A stretch of 64,000 nt of DNA from Methanomassiliicoccaceae archaeon (GTDB lineage: Archaea > Thermoplasmatota > Thermoplasmata > Methanomassiliicoccales > Methanomassiliicoccaceae), in assembly GCA_963728405.1 (NCBI GenBank), contig CAVSJV010000017.1, positions 224,001 to 288,000 of the forward strand. The letters run 5' to 3'. Below the pieces are notes generated by a model. It was not told where the DNA came from, made no database searches, and saw only the letters and a program-made list of their open reading frames with translations. A program made the translations under genes and the position numbers. Shown piece by piece: positions 52,251-62,719 of this stretch; the stretch's first letter is position 1, and the number at the start of each line of letters is the position of its first letter.

Positions 52251-54805
52251 TCACTCCGCCTGAGTCTGTATGCCGCGCTTGCTGAGCGCTTCCTTGACCT
52301 TCAACGGCACCTTGGGGGTATCGCCCTTGACCGCCGGCCTTTTCACCTGCGGCTTGGGGGCATGAACCTTGATGGGGGCGGCCGCCGGCGGGGCCAGTTC
52401 GACCTCGCCATCGTCTATCTTGAACTGGGCGGCGACCTTCTTCAGGTTGATGGCCATCTCCGAGAGCGACTGGGCCCGCGCCGTCATGTCCTCCATGCTG
52501 GCGGTGAGCTCTTCGGTCGATGAGGCCGATTCCTCCGATGCGGAGGCGGTCTCCTCGGCGATGGACGCGATGCCGTCGACCGACTTGGCCGCCCTCTGCT
52601 GGCCTTCCTTCTGCTTGTCCATGAGTGTAGAGATGGCCATGACCTCACTGGATGTGGCGGCGGCCATGACCGATATCTCCTGGAATGCTCTTCCGGTCTC
52701 GTCGACGATGACCATTCCTTCCGCGGCCGTCCTGGTGCCGCGCTGCATCGACTCGACCGCCTTGCTCGTCTCCTGCTGCACTTCCTTGATCATCTTGGCG
52801 ATGCGCTCGGCCGCTTCGCGGCTGTCCTCGGCGAGGTTCTTGACCTCCTCGGCGACGACGGCGAACCCTCTTCCTTGCTCTCCCGCTCTGGCCGCCTCGA
52901 TGGCGGCGTTCAGAGCGAGGAGATTGGTCTGGTCCGATATGCCGGTGATGACCCCGACGATCTCGCCGATCTCCTCCGACCGCTTGCCGAGGATCTCGAT
53001 GACCTTGGCCGACTCGTCGACGACCTTGGCGATCTCCTTCATCTTCTTGATGGTGTTCTCCACCGCGGCCTTGCCCGTATTGGCCGATTCGTTGGCCTTG
53101 CCGGCGGCTTGCGAGGCCATCCCGGACTTGTTGACAACCTCGATCACCGATGAGGATATCTCGGACATGACCCGGGCCGTCTCCTCTACCTGCGATGCCT
53201 GGCTCTGCGCGCCCTTACTGATCTGCTGGATGGCCGCCGACACCTGTTCGGTGGAGGCGTTCATCTCCTCGGCCGAGGAGGCGAGCTCCTGGGAGGTCGA
53301 GGATACCATATCGATCGACTCATTGACCTGCTTCAGCAGGCCGACCATGCTCTCCCCGATGGCGTCCAGGGACTGGGAGAACCTGGTGAAGTCACCCTGG
53401 GTATCGATGTTGACCCGGGCGGTCAGATCCCCGCTCGCGTAGGATTCGGCGATCCTCATGGCCTCGTTGATGGGCACTATGACCGCATCCAGGGTATCGT
53501 TGACTCCCTGGACGATCTTATGGTAATCACCCTGGTGCTTGGACGCGTCGGCACGAGTGGTAAGCTTACCTTCCACCGCGGCCTTGCTGAGCATATTCGT
53601 GTCAGCTACCAGACCATTAACAACGTCTATGCACTGATTGAGATTGTTCTTGATCGTGTTGAAATCGCCGTTGTAGTTGTCGGTGATCTTAGCGGGAATG
53701 TCTCCCTTAGAGATCTCATCGACATATCGGCGGAGAGTTCAGCGGACCGATGACTGCATCGAGACAGTCATTGACGCCGGTCACAATCTCGCCGTACACT
53801 CCCTTGTGCTTGCCACCATCAGCTCGGGTCGCCAGGCGACCCTCCACCGCGGCCTGGGATAACATGGCGGCATCCTGGGCCAGGGCCATGATCGACTCGG
53901 CAACCAGACTCATGTCCTTGTTGATGGAAAAGTAGGTGCTGTGCAGTTCCTTAGTGTATGCATCGGCATCCTGGACCGCCAGATCGACATCCAGGTTGCC
54001 CTCGGCCAGCCGGCGCAGGTTCTTTCTGACCTGTCCTACCCATACATCCGTATACGCCTTGCCCTTGGCGCTGGCCGAGACATCCTGGACAATTTCGATG
54101 TGTCCGATCTTTCTCTCCCTTGGCATCCTTGATGAACGCCGCATCTACCATGAAGTTCATCCCGGCCTGATCGAAGAAGGTCTTGGGCCTGTTGGCCCTG
54201 AGGCACTCCACGCCGCAGTCCTTGGTCTTGCAGATACCCGCGCCCCAGTTGGAGCAATGCTTGCCCAGCACATCCTTGCGCTTGACCTTGAGCATGTCCT
54301 CGACCGGCTTGTTGATGAACAACCAATTCATGTTGATGTCCGTGACCGACAATGGCCAGGGCAGAGTATCCAGGATCTGCTCATATAGGAACACCTGTTG
54401 CTCGAGCTTTTTGTTGTCGCCCGCGGGGACGAGGTAAAGTACGCCGCCGACAGGCTTTCCGCCCTCAGCGAAGACGGGCTCTCCGCTTACGGTGAAGGCT
54501 ATGCTGGAACCATGATCGTCGGTGAAGTTGATCGCCTCAGGCCTGGGCACACGGCCCACTTTGATGGCTTCCATTACCGGATCGCCTGGTTTCCCCAGCG
54601 CACCGCCCATGGCGTCCTTTAGACGCATTCCGGGTGCTTCCGCGGCAGATAGGCCAATGGCCTCGGTAGCGGGTCCATTGATCGTCACTACCTTCCAAGC
54701 GTTGTCTACTAGCAATGCAGGTATGGGCACATGGGTCACCAGGCCCTCGGCCGACTCTCTGCTCAATGGTTTATCCGGTCCTTCGGTCTGATTCTTTACA
54801 TCCAT
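52251..54805 (-). CDS. Cytoplasmic methyl-accepting chemotaxis protein (2 PAS, poly-HAMP, MA domain; frameshifts near 54110 and 53730)
   Basis: [30 protein letters not shown]; repeated AAVEG.L.TRAD..KH.G.Y; no TM seen. Confidence 0.9.
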
Positions 54806-54956
54806 GAACAAATCACCTATACATTTTCCGATGCCCCATGCCTGAGACGAGGCTATTGAATTGAGCTGAGGACCCCATCCGGAGTATATATCAAGGGAAC
54901 AGGCGGCTATCACTTTTGGTTTTAAATTTTGAGATTATTATTAAACGATTAAATAT

Positions 54957-54970
54957 CATTATCGATAATG
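54957..54970. promoter_or_regulatory. Perfect 14-bp palindrome, candidate operator
   Basis: CATTATCGATAATG beside the AT-rich promoter region of the MCP gene. Confidence 0.4.
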
Positions 54971-55322
54971 GCCTACAGTTTACTATCCAGCCAGATGTAG
55001 AGACGAGGCTCGATATTTCGGAAACCGTTATATCGGAACGTCATGAAAAAGGATCAGGCTATCAGCGATGACGTCCAGAATCGAGAATGAGTTTGATAAC
55101 AGTTTACCAGCTGGCTGTTAACTAATGATATAATCGTCCAGGGAACGAAAGAGTAGAAGAGAAGAACCATGGGGCAGGGGTGGTCCTAGCGTCCATTATC
55201 AATGCCTTGTTATCGAGATGATCGACGGCACCTTCCCGTCTCGACGGCTTTATGCCCTCACTACACCTGATCAATGACCTATCGGAGTAAGATATATTCA
55301 TGGGGGGCTCGAACATTGTGCT

Positions 55323-56078
55323 GTGGAAAAGAACGAGATCACCGTCATACCATCAAGCGAGCGGGAAACCAGGGATCTGGGCTGGCTTCAGACCACTTGG
55401 CTCTTTTCCTTTGATGATTACTACGATCCTAAGAACCTGGAGTTCGGGGTGATTAGGGTGTTCAATGATGATGTCATCGCCCCGGGTAAAGGGTTCCCGG
55501 CCCATCGGCACAGCGAGATGGAGATCGTGACCTACGTGCTGGAGGGGCGATTGTCTCACCGGGACAGCGCGGGCAACCAGGGGTTCCTAGGCCCAGGGGA
55601 GGTACAGAAGCTGAGCGCCGGGACCGGGGTGCTGCATTCGGAGATGAACGATGGCAAAACACCCGTTCACCTCTATCAGATCTGGTTCCTTCCCAACCGG
55701 GGAGGCTTGAAACCTTCCTACCAACAGGGGAAATTTACCATCAAAGAACATCCCAACGTCCTCGTCCCGATGGTCTCGGGCGAGGCGAGGGAGGGGGTTC
55801 TCACCATGAGCTCCCCCGCCACGCTGTACGGCTCCCTCCTGGAAAAGGGGCACGCGCTTAGTGTCGGCAGACCCCGGCGCAAGTTATTCCTATATATTAC
55901 ATCGGGACGGGTGGGCGTGAACGGATCGGTGCTGGAACAAGGGGACCAGTTGCGCTGCACCACAACCACTGCCTTGAGTCTGGAAGCACATGAGGATGCG
56001 AATTTCGTTCTTATCGATATGCCGGAGGACATTTTGAATGGTTCGAGAGGATATCGGTGGATCATCGGAGTTTGTTGA
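55323..56078 (+). CDS. Pirin family protein (YhhW-like)
   Basis: FSF..YYDP, FNDD, GFP.H.H..MEIVTY, AGTGV.HSE, QIWF. Confidence 0.92.
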   Translation: MEKNEITVIPSSERETRDLGWLQTTWLFSFDDYYDPKNLEFGVIRVFNDDVIAPGKGFPAHRHSEMEIVTYVLEGRLSHRDSAGNQGFLGPGEVQKLSAGTGVLHSEMNDGKTPVHLYQIWFLPNRGGLKPSYQQGKFTIKEHPNVLVPMVSGEAREGVLTMSSPATLYGSLLEKGHALSVGRPRRKLFLYITSGRVGVNGSVLEQGDQLRCTTTTALSLEAHEDANFVLIDMPEDILNGSRGYRWIIGVC

Positions 56079-56400
56079 AGGTCGGCTGAAGAACGTGACC
56101 GCGGGAGGAAGGCCCCTGGTGGTCGCGAGAGTGGAGGGAGAGCTCTACGCCATGGACGGGAAATGCTCTCATATGGGCTTCGATCTGGGCAAGGGAAGAT
56201 TGGATGGCCACATGGTAACCTGCAAGTTGCATGGAGCTCAGTTCGATATTAGGACCGGGGAGAGGGTGAAGAACCTGTCCGCCCACGACATGACCGTGTA
56301 CTCAGTAGTGGAAGAGGGTGGAAGAGCCTTCGTGGACCTGACCTGCCCATCGGTACCATCCTCTGGAGCGGTCCAGAGCGTTTTTAGCCGCCCTGGGTAG
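56038..56400 (+). CDS. Rieske [2Fe-2S] ferredoxin
   Basis: CSH...CKLHG..FDIRTG. Confidence 0.88.
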   Translation: MVREDIGGSSEFVEGRLKNVTAGGRPLVVARVEGELYAMDGKCSHMGFDLGKGRLDGHMVTCKLHGAQFDIRTGERVKNLSAHDMTVYSVVEEGGRAFVDLTCPSVPSSGAVQSVFSRPG

Positions 56401-56500
56401 GATCGCTGACATATCGTTGATATACTGGTCGCAGAATGGAAGAACCGGGAAAGGGAATCAATAAGAGACCTGCAGGAAATCAACCTGAGGAGGAGATACC

Positions 56501-57286
56501 ATTCCAGAGTTGCCCGAGGTGGAGACGTTCAGACGGTACATCGAGAGGACCTCGCTGGATAAGCCAATCAAGAAGGTCGAGGTCAACAACACCATCGTCC
56601 TCGGTAAGACCTCGAAAGAGGACCTCCGCAAAGCGGTGGAGGGCTCCTCCTTCCGGTCGGTGCATAGGATCGGCAAACACCTGCTCGTGGAACTGAGCGA
56701 GGGAGGCTGGCTTACCCTACATTTCGGGATGACGGGGGAACCGGTGTTCTTCGATGACGAGGCCCCCCGTTTCCCCAGGGTCATCATCCACTTCCAGGAC
56801 GGAGCGTTGGCCTTCGACGATCCTCGTATGCTGGGAAGGGTCGGCCTCTCTCCAACAGTGGAGGAGTTCGTTCGCCGGAAAGGTCTGGGGCCGGACGCGC
56901 TCTCTATCTCCAAGAAGGAGTTCCTGGCCAGGTTCGAGAAGGCCAGGGGAGCGATCAAGCCGGCGCTCATGAACCAGCATAAGCTCGCCGGGATCGGCAA
57001 TCTGTACGCCGATGAGGTGCTGTTCCAGAGCCGCCTGGATCCCCGGGCCGAGCTGAGCAGCATGAGCCGCCAGGACCTAGAGGTCATCTATCAGAACATG
57101 AAAAAGGTGCTCAAACTTTCAATAGCGAAGGGTACCGACTTCTCCAAGTTCCCCCCGACCTACCTCCTATCGCACCGACGCAAGGGGGCGATCTGTCCGG
57201 GCTGCGGAGGAACGACCGAGACCATTACCCTGGGGGGTAGGACCACTTATTTCTGTCCAGCATGTCAGACCAGAGGCGGAAGATGA
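56501..57286 (+). CDS. mutM: Formamidopyrimidine-DNA glycosylase (Fpg/MutM), ATT start
   Basis: ATT-CCA-GAG-TTG-CCC-GAG-GTG-GAG = (M)PELPEVE; R.GK, HFGMTG, GIGNLYADE, C-terminal Zn finger. Confidence 0.95.
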   Translation: MPELPEVETFRRYIERTSLDKPIKKVEVNNTIVLGKTSKEDLRKAVEGSSFRSVHRIGKHLLVELSEGGWLTLHFGMTGEPVFFDDEAPRFPRVIIHFQDGALAFDDPRMLGRVGLSPTVEEFVRRKGLGPDALSISKKEFLARFEKARGAIKPALMNQHKLAGIGNLYADEVLFQSRLDPRAELSSMSRQDLEVIYQNMKKVLKLSIAKGTDFSKFPPTYLLSHRRKGAICPGCGGTTETITLGGRTTYFCPACQTRGGR

Positions 57287-57972
57287 GGGTCCGGGTCTTG
57301 GGGACCAGGGGCCATATCGAACCCACCTCCCCCGGTCATGACCTCCACTCGGGTGTGCTCATAGACAATATACTGTTCGACCTGGGGGAACGATCGTACC
57401 TGGACCTCCGGCCCTCGGCCGCATTCATCACCCACCTTCATGAGGACCACGCCTTCTTCATTAACGACGACGAGATCGATATCGAAATACCAGTGTACGC
57501 ACCGCAAGACTGGAAGGGGCGGGGCCTACGGATCATCAGGAGCACGATGGATGTCAATGGCATGACTGTCACCCCCATACCTACGGTGCACAGCGCCACC
57601 CTCCGTTCCTGCGCCTACCTAATCGAGAAGGACCTGGCCAGGGTGCTCTACACCGGTGACCTCATCTCCATCCAGGACCGCTACCGGGAACGGATCCCCG
57701 AACTGGACGTGGTCATAACCGATGGCAGCTTCATCAGGCGAGGCGGGCTGGTGCGCCGCGATCCGGTCACCGGGCGTCCGCATGGCCATACCGGCATCCC
57801 CGACCTGGTGGAGTTCTTCTCCCCCCTGGCCCGGAAGATCGTCTTCACCCACTTCGGGAGCTGGTTCTACAAGGACATACCGTCATCAGTGGAGAAGATC
57901 CGGTCCCTGGGCCAGTCCACACCGGTTGAAGTGGCCGTGGACGGCATGGAGCTGGAGGCCGAAGCCGACTGA
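57283..57972 (+). CDS. Metallo-beta-lactamase-fold hydrolase
   Basis: LGTRG, THLHEDH, HS, YTGD, GH, TH. Confidence 0.85.
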   Translation: MRVRVLGTRGHIEPTSPGHDLHSGVLIDNILFDLGERSYLDLRPSAAFITHLHEDHAFFINDDEIDIEIPVYAPQDWKGRGLRIIRSTMDVNGMTVTPIPTVHSATLRSCAYLIEKDLARVLYTGDLISIQDRYRERIPELDVVITDGSFIRRGGLVRRDPVTGRPHGHTGIPDLVEFFSPLARKIVFTHFGSWFYKDIPSSVEKIRSLGQSTPVEVAVDGMELEAEAD

Positions 57973-58094
57973 GGTTCGGTCCCTGGTCCCCCAGACCTAC
58001 TGGAGCGCCCGAAGGATGGGTTCGCGTGGCCCCCCCTCCGGCCAGGTCATCGGGCACGCCTACGACTTGGGCGGCCACTCGATATGGATCTGGC

Positions 58095-59009
58095 TCATTT
58101 TCTTGACCCTCTTCCTTCGACCCGGGAAAGGAACTCATCAAGCTCGGACATGAACAGCTCCCGCTCCTCGGCATGAGGCATGTGGGAGCTCTGCTCGAAC
58201 AGCCGCCACTCCGAGCCGGAGATGCCTTGGTGGATCGTTCTCATGATCTCCGGGGTGGCCTCGTCGTACCGGCCGGACATCAGGAGGGTCGGCTCCCTGA
58301 CCTCGCCGAGCCGGGAGAGGAGGGACCAATCCTTGAGCTTCCCGGTCACATAGAACTCCGACGCCCCCCACAGGACGCCGTAGACCTCGGGGTCGAGGGC
58401 GAGTTGGACCAAGGAACGCTCGAGGTATTCCGGCCAGGGTTCCAGCCGGCAGACGTGACGGCGGTAGTAGACAAGCATGGCGGTCTGGTACTCCGGCGAT
58501 CCTGTCGTCCCCGCTCTCTCATGTCGCTGAAGTGTATCTTGGACCTCGCCAGGAAGTTGCTCCCGCAGGCAGTTGGCCTCGCTGATCCACTGGTGAGTGT
58601 CCGCGAGGGGGTCGCATAGGACCAGGCTCTCGATGCCGCTCTCTCCGCTCAAGGCGTGCTCCATGGCCAGCATCCCACCCCATGATTGCCCCAGGATGTG
58701 CGCTCGGTCCAGGCCCAGCTCTTTCCTCACCATACTGAGCTCGTTCAAGAACAGCTCCACCGTCCACAGGTCCGGGTCGTGGATATGGTCTGACCGGCCG
58801 CAGCCCAGCTGATCGTAGAATATCACCTTACGGCCGGTCCGGGCCATATCCTCCAATGGCTCAAGGTAATCGTGCGACATCCCTGGCCCGCCATGCAACA
58901 CCAGCAATGGATACTGGCCCTTCTTCGTCTCCCCAACCTCTCGATACCAGGTGCGGTGGCCGTGGAACTGCACGAACCCTTCCTCGATCTTTGGGGCCAT
59001 GAACAACAC
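58095..59009 (-). CDS. Proline iminopeptidase family hydrolase
   Basis: HGGPG, YDQLGCG.S, GQSWGG, GRYDE, SSH..H.EE. Confidence 0.92.
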   Translation of the reverse strand: MLFMAPKIEEGFVQFHGHRTWYREVGETKKGQYPLLVLHGGPGMSHDYLEPLEDMARTGRKVIFYDQLGCGRSDHIHDPDLWTVELFLNELSMVRKELGLDRAHILGQSWGGMLAMEHALSGESGIESLVLCDPLADTHQWISEANCLREQLPGEVQDTLQRHERAGTTGSPEYQTAMLVYYRRHVCRLEPWPEYLERSLVQLALDPEVYGVLWGASEFYVTGKLKDWSLLSRLGEVREPTLLMSGRYDEATPEIMRTIHQGISGSEWRLFEQSSHMPHAEERELFMSELDEFLSRVEGRGSRK

Positions 59010-59056
59010 TGGGGAGCGAGATGAGGGTTATTGACCGTTTCGTACCGGTTCGCGGA

Positions 59057-60136
59057 TCAGATATCTTGGCGCAGCACGACGGAGGGGTCCTTGAGGCCCG
59101 AGCCGGTGACGATGAGGGCGATGCGCTCTTCGGGACGTCGGTCGATCTGCTCCAATGCGGCCATGGACGCAGCGGCGGCCGGTTCGGCGAATATGCCCTC
59201 GCGGCCCAGGGACCTTATGGCCTGGAACAGCTGATGGTCGGTCACGGTGACCCCGAAGCCGTTGGATCGTTCCATGGCCGCGATGGCCGAATGACCATTG
59301 AAGGGGGTCTTGACCAGTATGGCCGAGGCGATGGTCTTGGCATCCCGGGGAGGCGGCCTAAGTTCGGTGTGGTCCCGCCAGGCCTCCACTATAGGGGCGA
59401 CCTCCGAGGACTGCACCGCGATCATTTGAGGTACTTTTCGCACCACGCCCAGAGACCTCAGTTCCTCGAACCCCTTGTGGATGGAGGTCAGAATGCCCCC
59501 TGTGCCCGTGGGGACGATCACTTTGTCCGGCACTCCCATCTGCTCGTACAGCTCGAAGGCGATGGTCTTCAGTCCCTCGATGAAGTAGGGATTGAGGCCA
59601 GTAGAGGCCAGATAGGCGCCGTGTGCGGCCTCCTCCTTGGCCTTTTCCACCGCTTGGGCAAAGCCGCCCACCACAGGCACCAACTCCGCACCGTACGCGA
59701 CGATCTGTGCGATCTTCTCCTCGGGAATGCCGGCAGGTATGAACACCCGGGCGGTCATGTTGGCGTAGGCCGAGTAAGCGGCCACGCTGGCGCCCATATT
59801 TCCTGTTGAGGCAACGGTGGTGGTCTTGAACTCCCGGTTGTAGGCGTCGGATATCACCACCGTGGTGCCCCGGTCCTTGAATGAGCCGGTGGGGTTGTCG
59901 CCCTCCACCTTTAGAAATATCTCCTCCTTGGTATCCCTCCTCCGCACCAGGGGAGTATTGCCCTCGGACAAGCTGATGGACATCGTGACCGGCAGCATGG
60001 AGCGGTAGCGCCACAGGCCAGCCCCGTGGGGTTCCCAGCTCATCGGGTATTCGACCGCCAGGAGAACCGAGCCGCACCGTTCGCAGGTGTATCTGAATTC
60101 GGAGAAGTCGGCACCGCACTGGGTGCAGCGGAACAT
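59057..60136 (-). CDS. thrC: Threonine synthase (N-terminal Zn ribbon)
   Basis: EGNTPL, NPTGSFKDRG, ASTGN, EG.KT, EPA.A, TGSGLKD. Confidence 0.88.
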   Translation of the reverse strand: MFRCTQCGADFSEFRYTCERCGSVLLAVEYPMSWEPHGAGLWRYRSMLPVTMSISLSEGNTPLVRRRDTKEEIFLKVEGDNPTGSFKDRGTTVVISDAYNREFKTTTVASTGNMGASVAAYSAYANMTARVFIPAGIPEEKIAQIVAYGAELVPVVGGFAQAVEKAKEEAAHGAYLASTGLNPYFIEGLKTIAFELYEQMGVPDKVIVPTGTGGILTSIHKGFEELRSLGVVRKVPQMIAVQSSEVAPIVEAWRDHTELRPPPRDAKTIASAILVKTPFNGHSAIAAMERSNGFGVTVTDHQLFQAIRSLGREGIFAEPAAAASMAALEQIDRRPEERIALIVTGSGLKDPSVVLRQDI

Positions 60137-60199
60137 AGGGGCCTTATGATCTAGTGGCCACAAAATGGTTTGGCGACATTTTATAGGGGTGGGCATGGG

Positions 60200-61167
60200 A
60201 TGAATGACCATGGCTCTGGTCCAGGGGGGCTGGAAGCCTTGGTGCTTTTCGCCCTCATCGTCGTTGGCTCCATCGTTCTGGCACAGGGAGCGTACATTCT
60301 CCTCCGCTACTATCTGGACAGCCGGACCAGACCGAGCAGTGTCAAGATCATCGCCCGCTTCACCCAATATGCCATAATCGCCGCCGGCCTGTATGTGGGC
60401 TTCGTGATAGTGCTGCGCCTGGACCTGCCCGCCATCGCTGCTTCCCTGGGCATCATCAGCCTGGTGGTGGCGTTCTCCCTCCAGCCGGTCCTCTCCAACG
60501 CCGTGGCCGGAGTCCTCATCGCCCTGGAAAGGCCGATCCGCATCGATGACTGGGTCGAGGTGGGGACATCCGGCCCATGCCTGGTGAGGGACATCAATAT
60601 GACCAATACCTATCTCCGCAGCGACCGGGGGGCCCACGTGGTCCTGCCGAACTCGGCCATATTGTCGTCCAAGGTGGTGAACTACAGCCGGACCTGCCTG
60701 GCCCAGATACCTATCGCCGTAGAGGTCCCCCTGGAGGTCGACTTCGGTCGGGTGGCGGCGGAGATCATCAAGGTCCTGGAGGCCAATCCGCGTGTGCTTC
60801 CCCTGATCTCCGCGCCGGATCGGTCGGTAAAGGACCTGCTAAGGTCATCTGAGACCAGAACCTGGAAGGAATGCGACCTGGATGGAGGAACGTACGAGCC
60901 AAAGCTGCTCATAACCAATGTGACGCCGACCTCGCTGTTCATCGAGATCAGGCCTGGATAGGGGACATCGAGCGGAAGGACATCATCCGGTCGGAGATCA
61001 TGAGCACCCTCTTAAGGGCGCTCAAATCCCTGGAAAAGAAGTTGCCGCCCCCGGGCGATCAGAAAGAGGACCTGATGCTGGAATCGTTGCAACGGGTGAC
61101 CGCCGAGCTGAAGTCCCTGAACGAGCGCATCGAGGAGAAGGAACGTTCCCCGATGCGACGGCGGTGA
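60200..61167 (+). CDS. MscS-family mechanosensitive channel (frameshift near 60950)
   Basis: AF.LQ..LSN..AG....ERP.RI.D.V, PNS.I....V.NYS. Confidence 0.88.
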
Positions 61168-61230
61168 CCTTCGGATTTGAGCAGTGGATGGTATTATGTG
61201 CCCTTCAGACGATGATATGGCCGGTACGAT

Positions 61231-61698
61231 ATGGACCCCGATCTGCTATTTGTCTCTGGAGGCATCGAACTGGTCGATGCATTGGAACCCATGTGGCGCC
61301 TGCTGACCTTACACGCCTCGGAGCGATCGAAGCATTTCGGCCGATACTTCGCGGACAAGGGCTTCCTGGAGAGGAAGGAGGAGCTGTCGAGAAAGGCGGC
61401 CAGAAGTCACCTATTGATCGAGGTGGCCCTGGACCCCAGAGCCCGGCAGGACCTTGGTTACTGCATCAGCAGCGTCGATGACGAGGGCATGGGGGAGATC
61501 GAATCGTTGTTCGTCGGCGAGGCGGCCCGTGGCCGAGGCGTGGGCGACAAGCTCGTGCGCCGGTCCATCGAGTGGATGGACAAGATGGGTGCCCGGTCGA
61601 TGGTGGTTTTCACCGTCTACGGCAATGAGGAGGTCCTGCCGTTCTACCAGCGTTATGGCTTTCAACCAAAGATGGTCATGCTGGAAAGAAAGAAGTGA
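61231..61698 (+). CDS. GNAT family N-acetyltransferase
   Basis: GEIESLFV....RGRGVG, N..V..FY.RYGF. Confidence 0.88.
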   Translation: MDPDLLFVSGGIELVDALEPMWRLLTLHASERSKHFGRYFADKGFLERKEELSRKAARSHLLIEVALDPRARQDLGYCISSVDDEGMGEIESLFVGEAARGRGVGDKLVRRSIEWMDKMGARSMVVFTVYGNEEVLPFYQRYGFQPKMVMLERKK

Positions 61699-61752
61699 CC
61701 GGAGCAGCAATCTTATTATTCCGTCAGCTGCCACGTCCGGGTCGGTAAGATC

Positions 61753-61932
61753 ATGAAGGTTCATTGTCCGCGAAAAGGATGCAACTATTATGCCACCGCC
61801 GAAGCCGCCGAGGACGCCATGGAGGACCTGCAGGACCACCTAAGCCAGGTCCACGGTACCGACGAAATGCCCGATAGCGTCAAAGAGAGCGTCGAGGGAG
61901 AGATCAAGACCCGATCCAAGTCCCGCTTGTGA
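61753..61932 (+). CDS. Small DUF1059-like C2H2 metal-binding protein (59 aa; not in ORF track)
   Basis: Manual translation MKVHCPRKGCNYYATA...DHLSQVHG. Confidence 0.7.
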   Translation: MKVHCPRKGCNYYATAEAAEDAMEDLQDHLSQVHGTDEMPDSVKESVEGEIKTRSKSRL

Positions 61933-61938
61933 GAACGG

Positions 61939-62634
61939 TCAGGGCAGATGCGCTCTGACCTTCAGGTCGGCGTAATCGTCGGGGGAAAGTGCCCTCCTGG
62001 AGATGTCATTTAACATCCGCACAACTTCCGGAGGGGGGTTGGCCATCGAACCGACCAACTCGACCCTCTCGCTCCGAGTCATTGCCGGCAACATCATGGC
62101 CACATCCAAGGCTAGTTGCTCGGGGCTCTCGGCCCCCAGGATCTTTCCCAACATGGCCCGTACCTCCGCATCGCTGCACAGCCTCCAGAGCTCCGGTTGG
62201 ACCCGTTCTTCCTCAGTATCGATGTGCATAAGATAGAAGGCGACGAACCGGTTCCACGCCAGGTACAGCTCCTGGGCCAGGGCCTTGCTCTCGGTAGCCG
62301 GTGGGGACCCCTGGACCAACAGGTCCGCCATGGCCATGATATCGTCCAGATGCCGGTTCATGACCCCATGCTCCTCCTCCAGCACCCGGGCGCCTCCCGG
62401 TACCCGCTGGGCCAGGGTCGGATGGATGAAAGATCCCTCCATTTGAGCATGATTTCGTAACTCTTCCCGGAACGCGGCGATGCGCGAGCGCAGTACTTCA
62501 AGACCTCCGGGTACATTGGGATCGGTCCGCCCCGCCAATTCTGAGATCTGGAACATGACCATCCTTTGACCCTTGTGGATATTGGTGTAGATGTGGAATC
62601 CCGGGGGCATGCTGGGAACATTGGTGCAGCTCAT
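61939..62634 (-). CDS. Hemerythrin-like domain protein
   Basis: IHKG.R, H...E...HP, EEH, H...EE. Confidence 0.8.
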   Translation of the reverse strand: MSCTNVPSMPPGFHIYTNIHKGQRMVMFQISELAGRTDPNVPGGLEVLRSRIAAFREELRNHAQMEGSFIHPTLAQRVPGGARVLEEEHGVMNRHLDDIMAMADLLVQGSPPATESKALAQELYLAWNRFVAFYLMHIDTEEERVQPELWRLCSDAEVRAMLGKILGAESPEQLALDVAMMLPAMTRSERVELVGSMANPPPEVVRMLNDISRRALSPDDYADLKVRAHLP

Positions 62635-62719
62635 CTATCAATCATCGGTGTCCCATAGGACCTGGGGCTTTCCTGACGATGCCATTAATACGACCTCGGA
62701 GGCGTTCCTAGTTTGGCAG

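Noticed and set aside
59057-60637. 526-aa extended threonine synthase
   Set aside because: The extension is the antisense of mscS. The real start is ATG 60136.
4737-61167. Roughly 18 frameshifts (CMD, aminotransferase, leuC, CBS, GATase, FAS1, mpg, kinase, MCP, MscS and others) as programmed frameshifting or mass pseudogenisation
   Set aside because: They are scattered 1-2 nt indels with no shared slippery motif and with intact motifs on both sides, best explained by assembly error. Read mapping would settle it.
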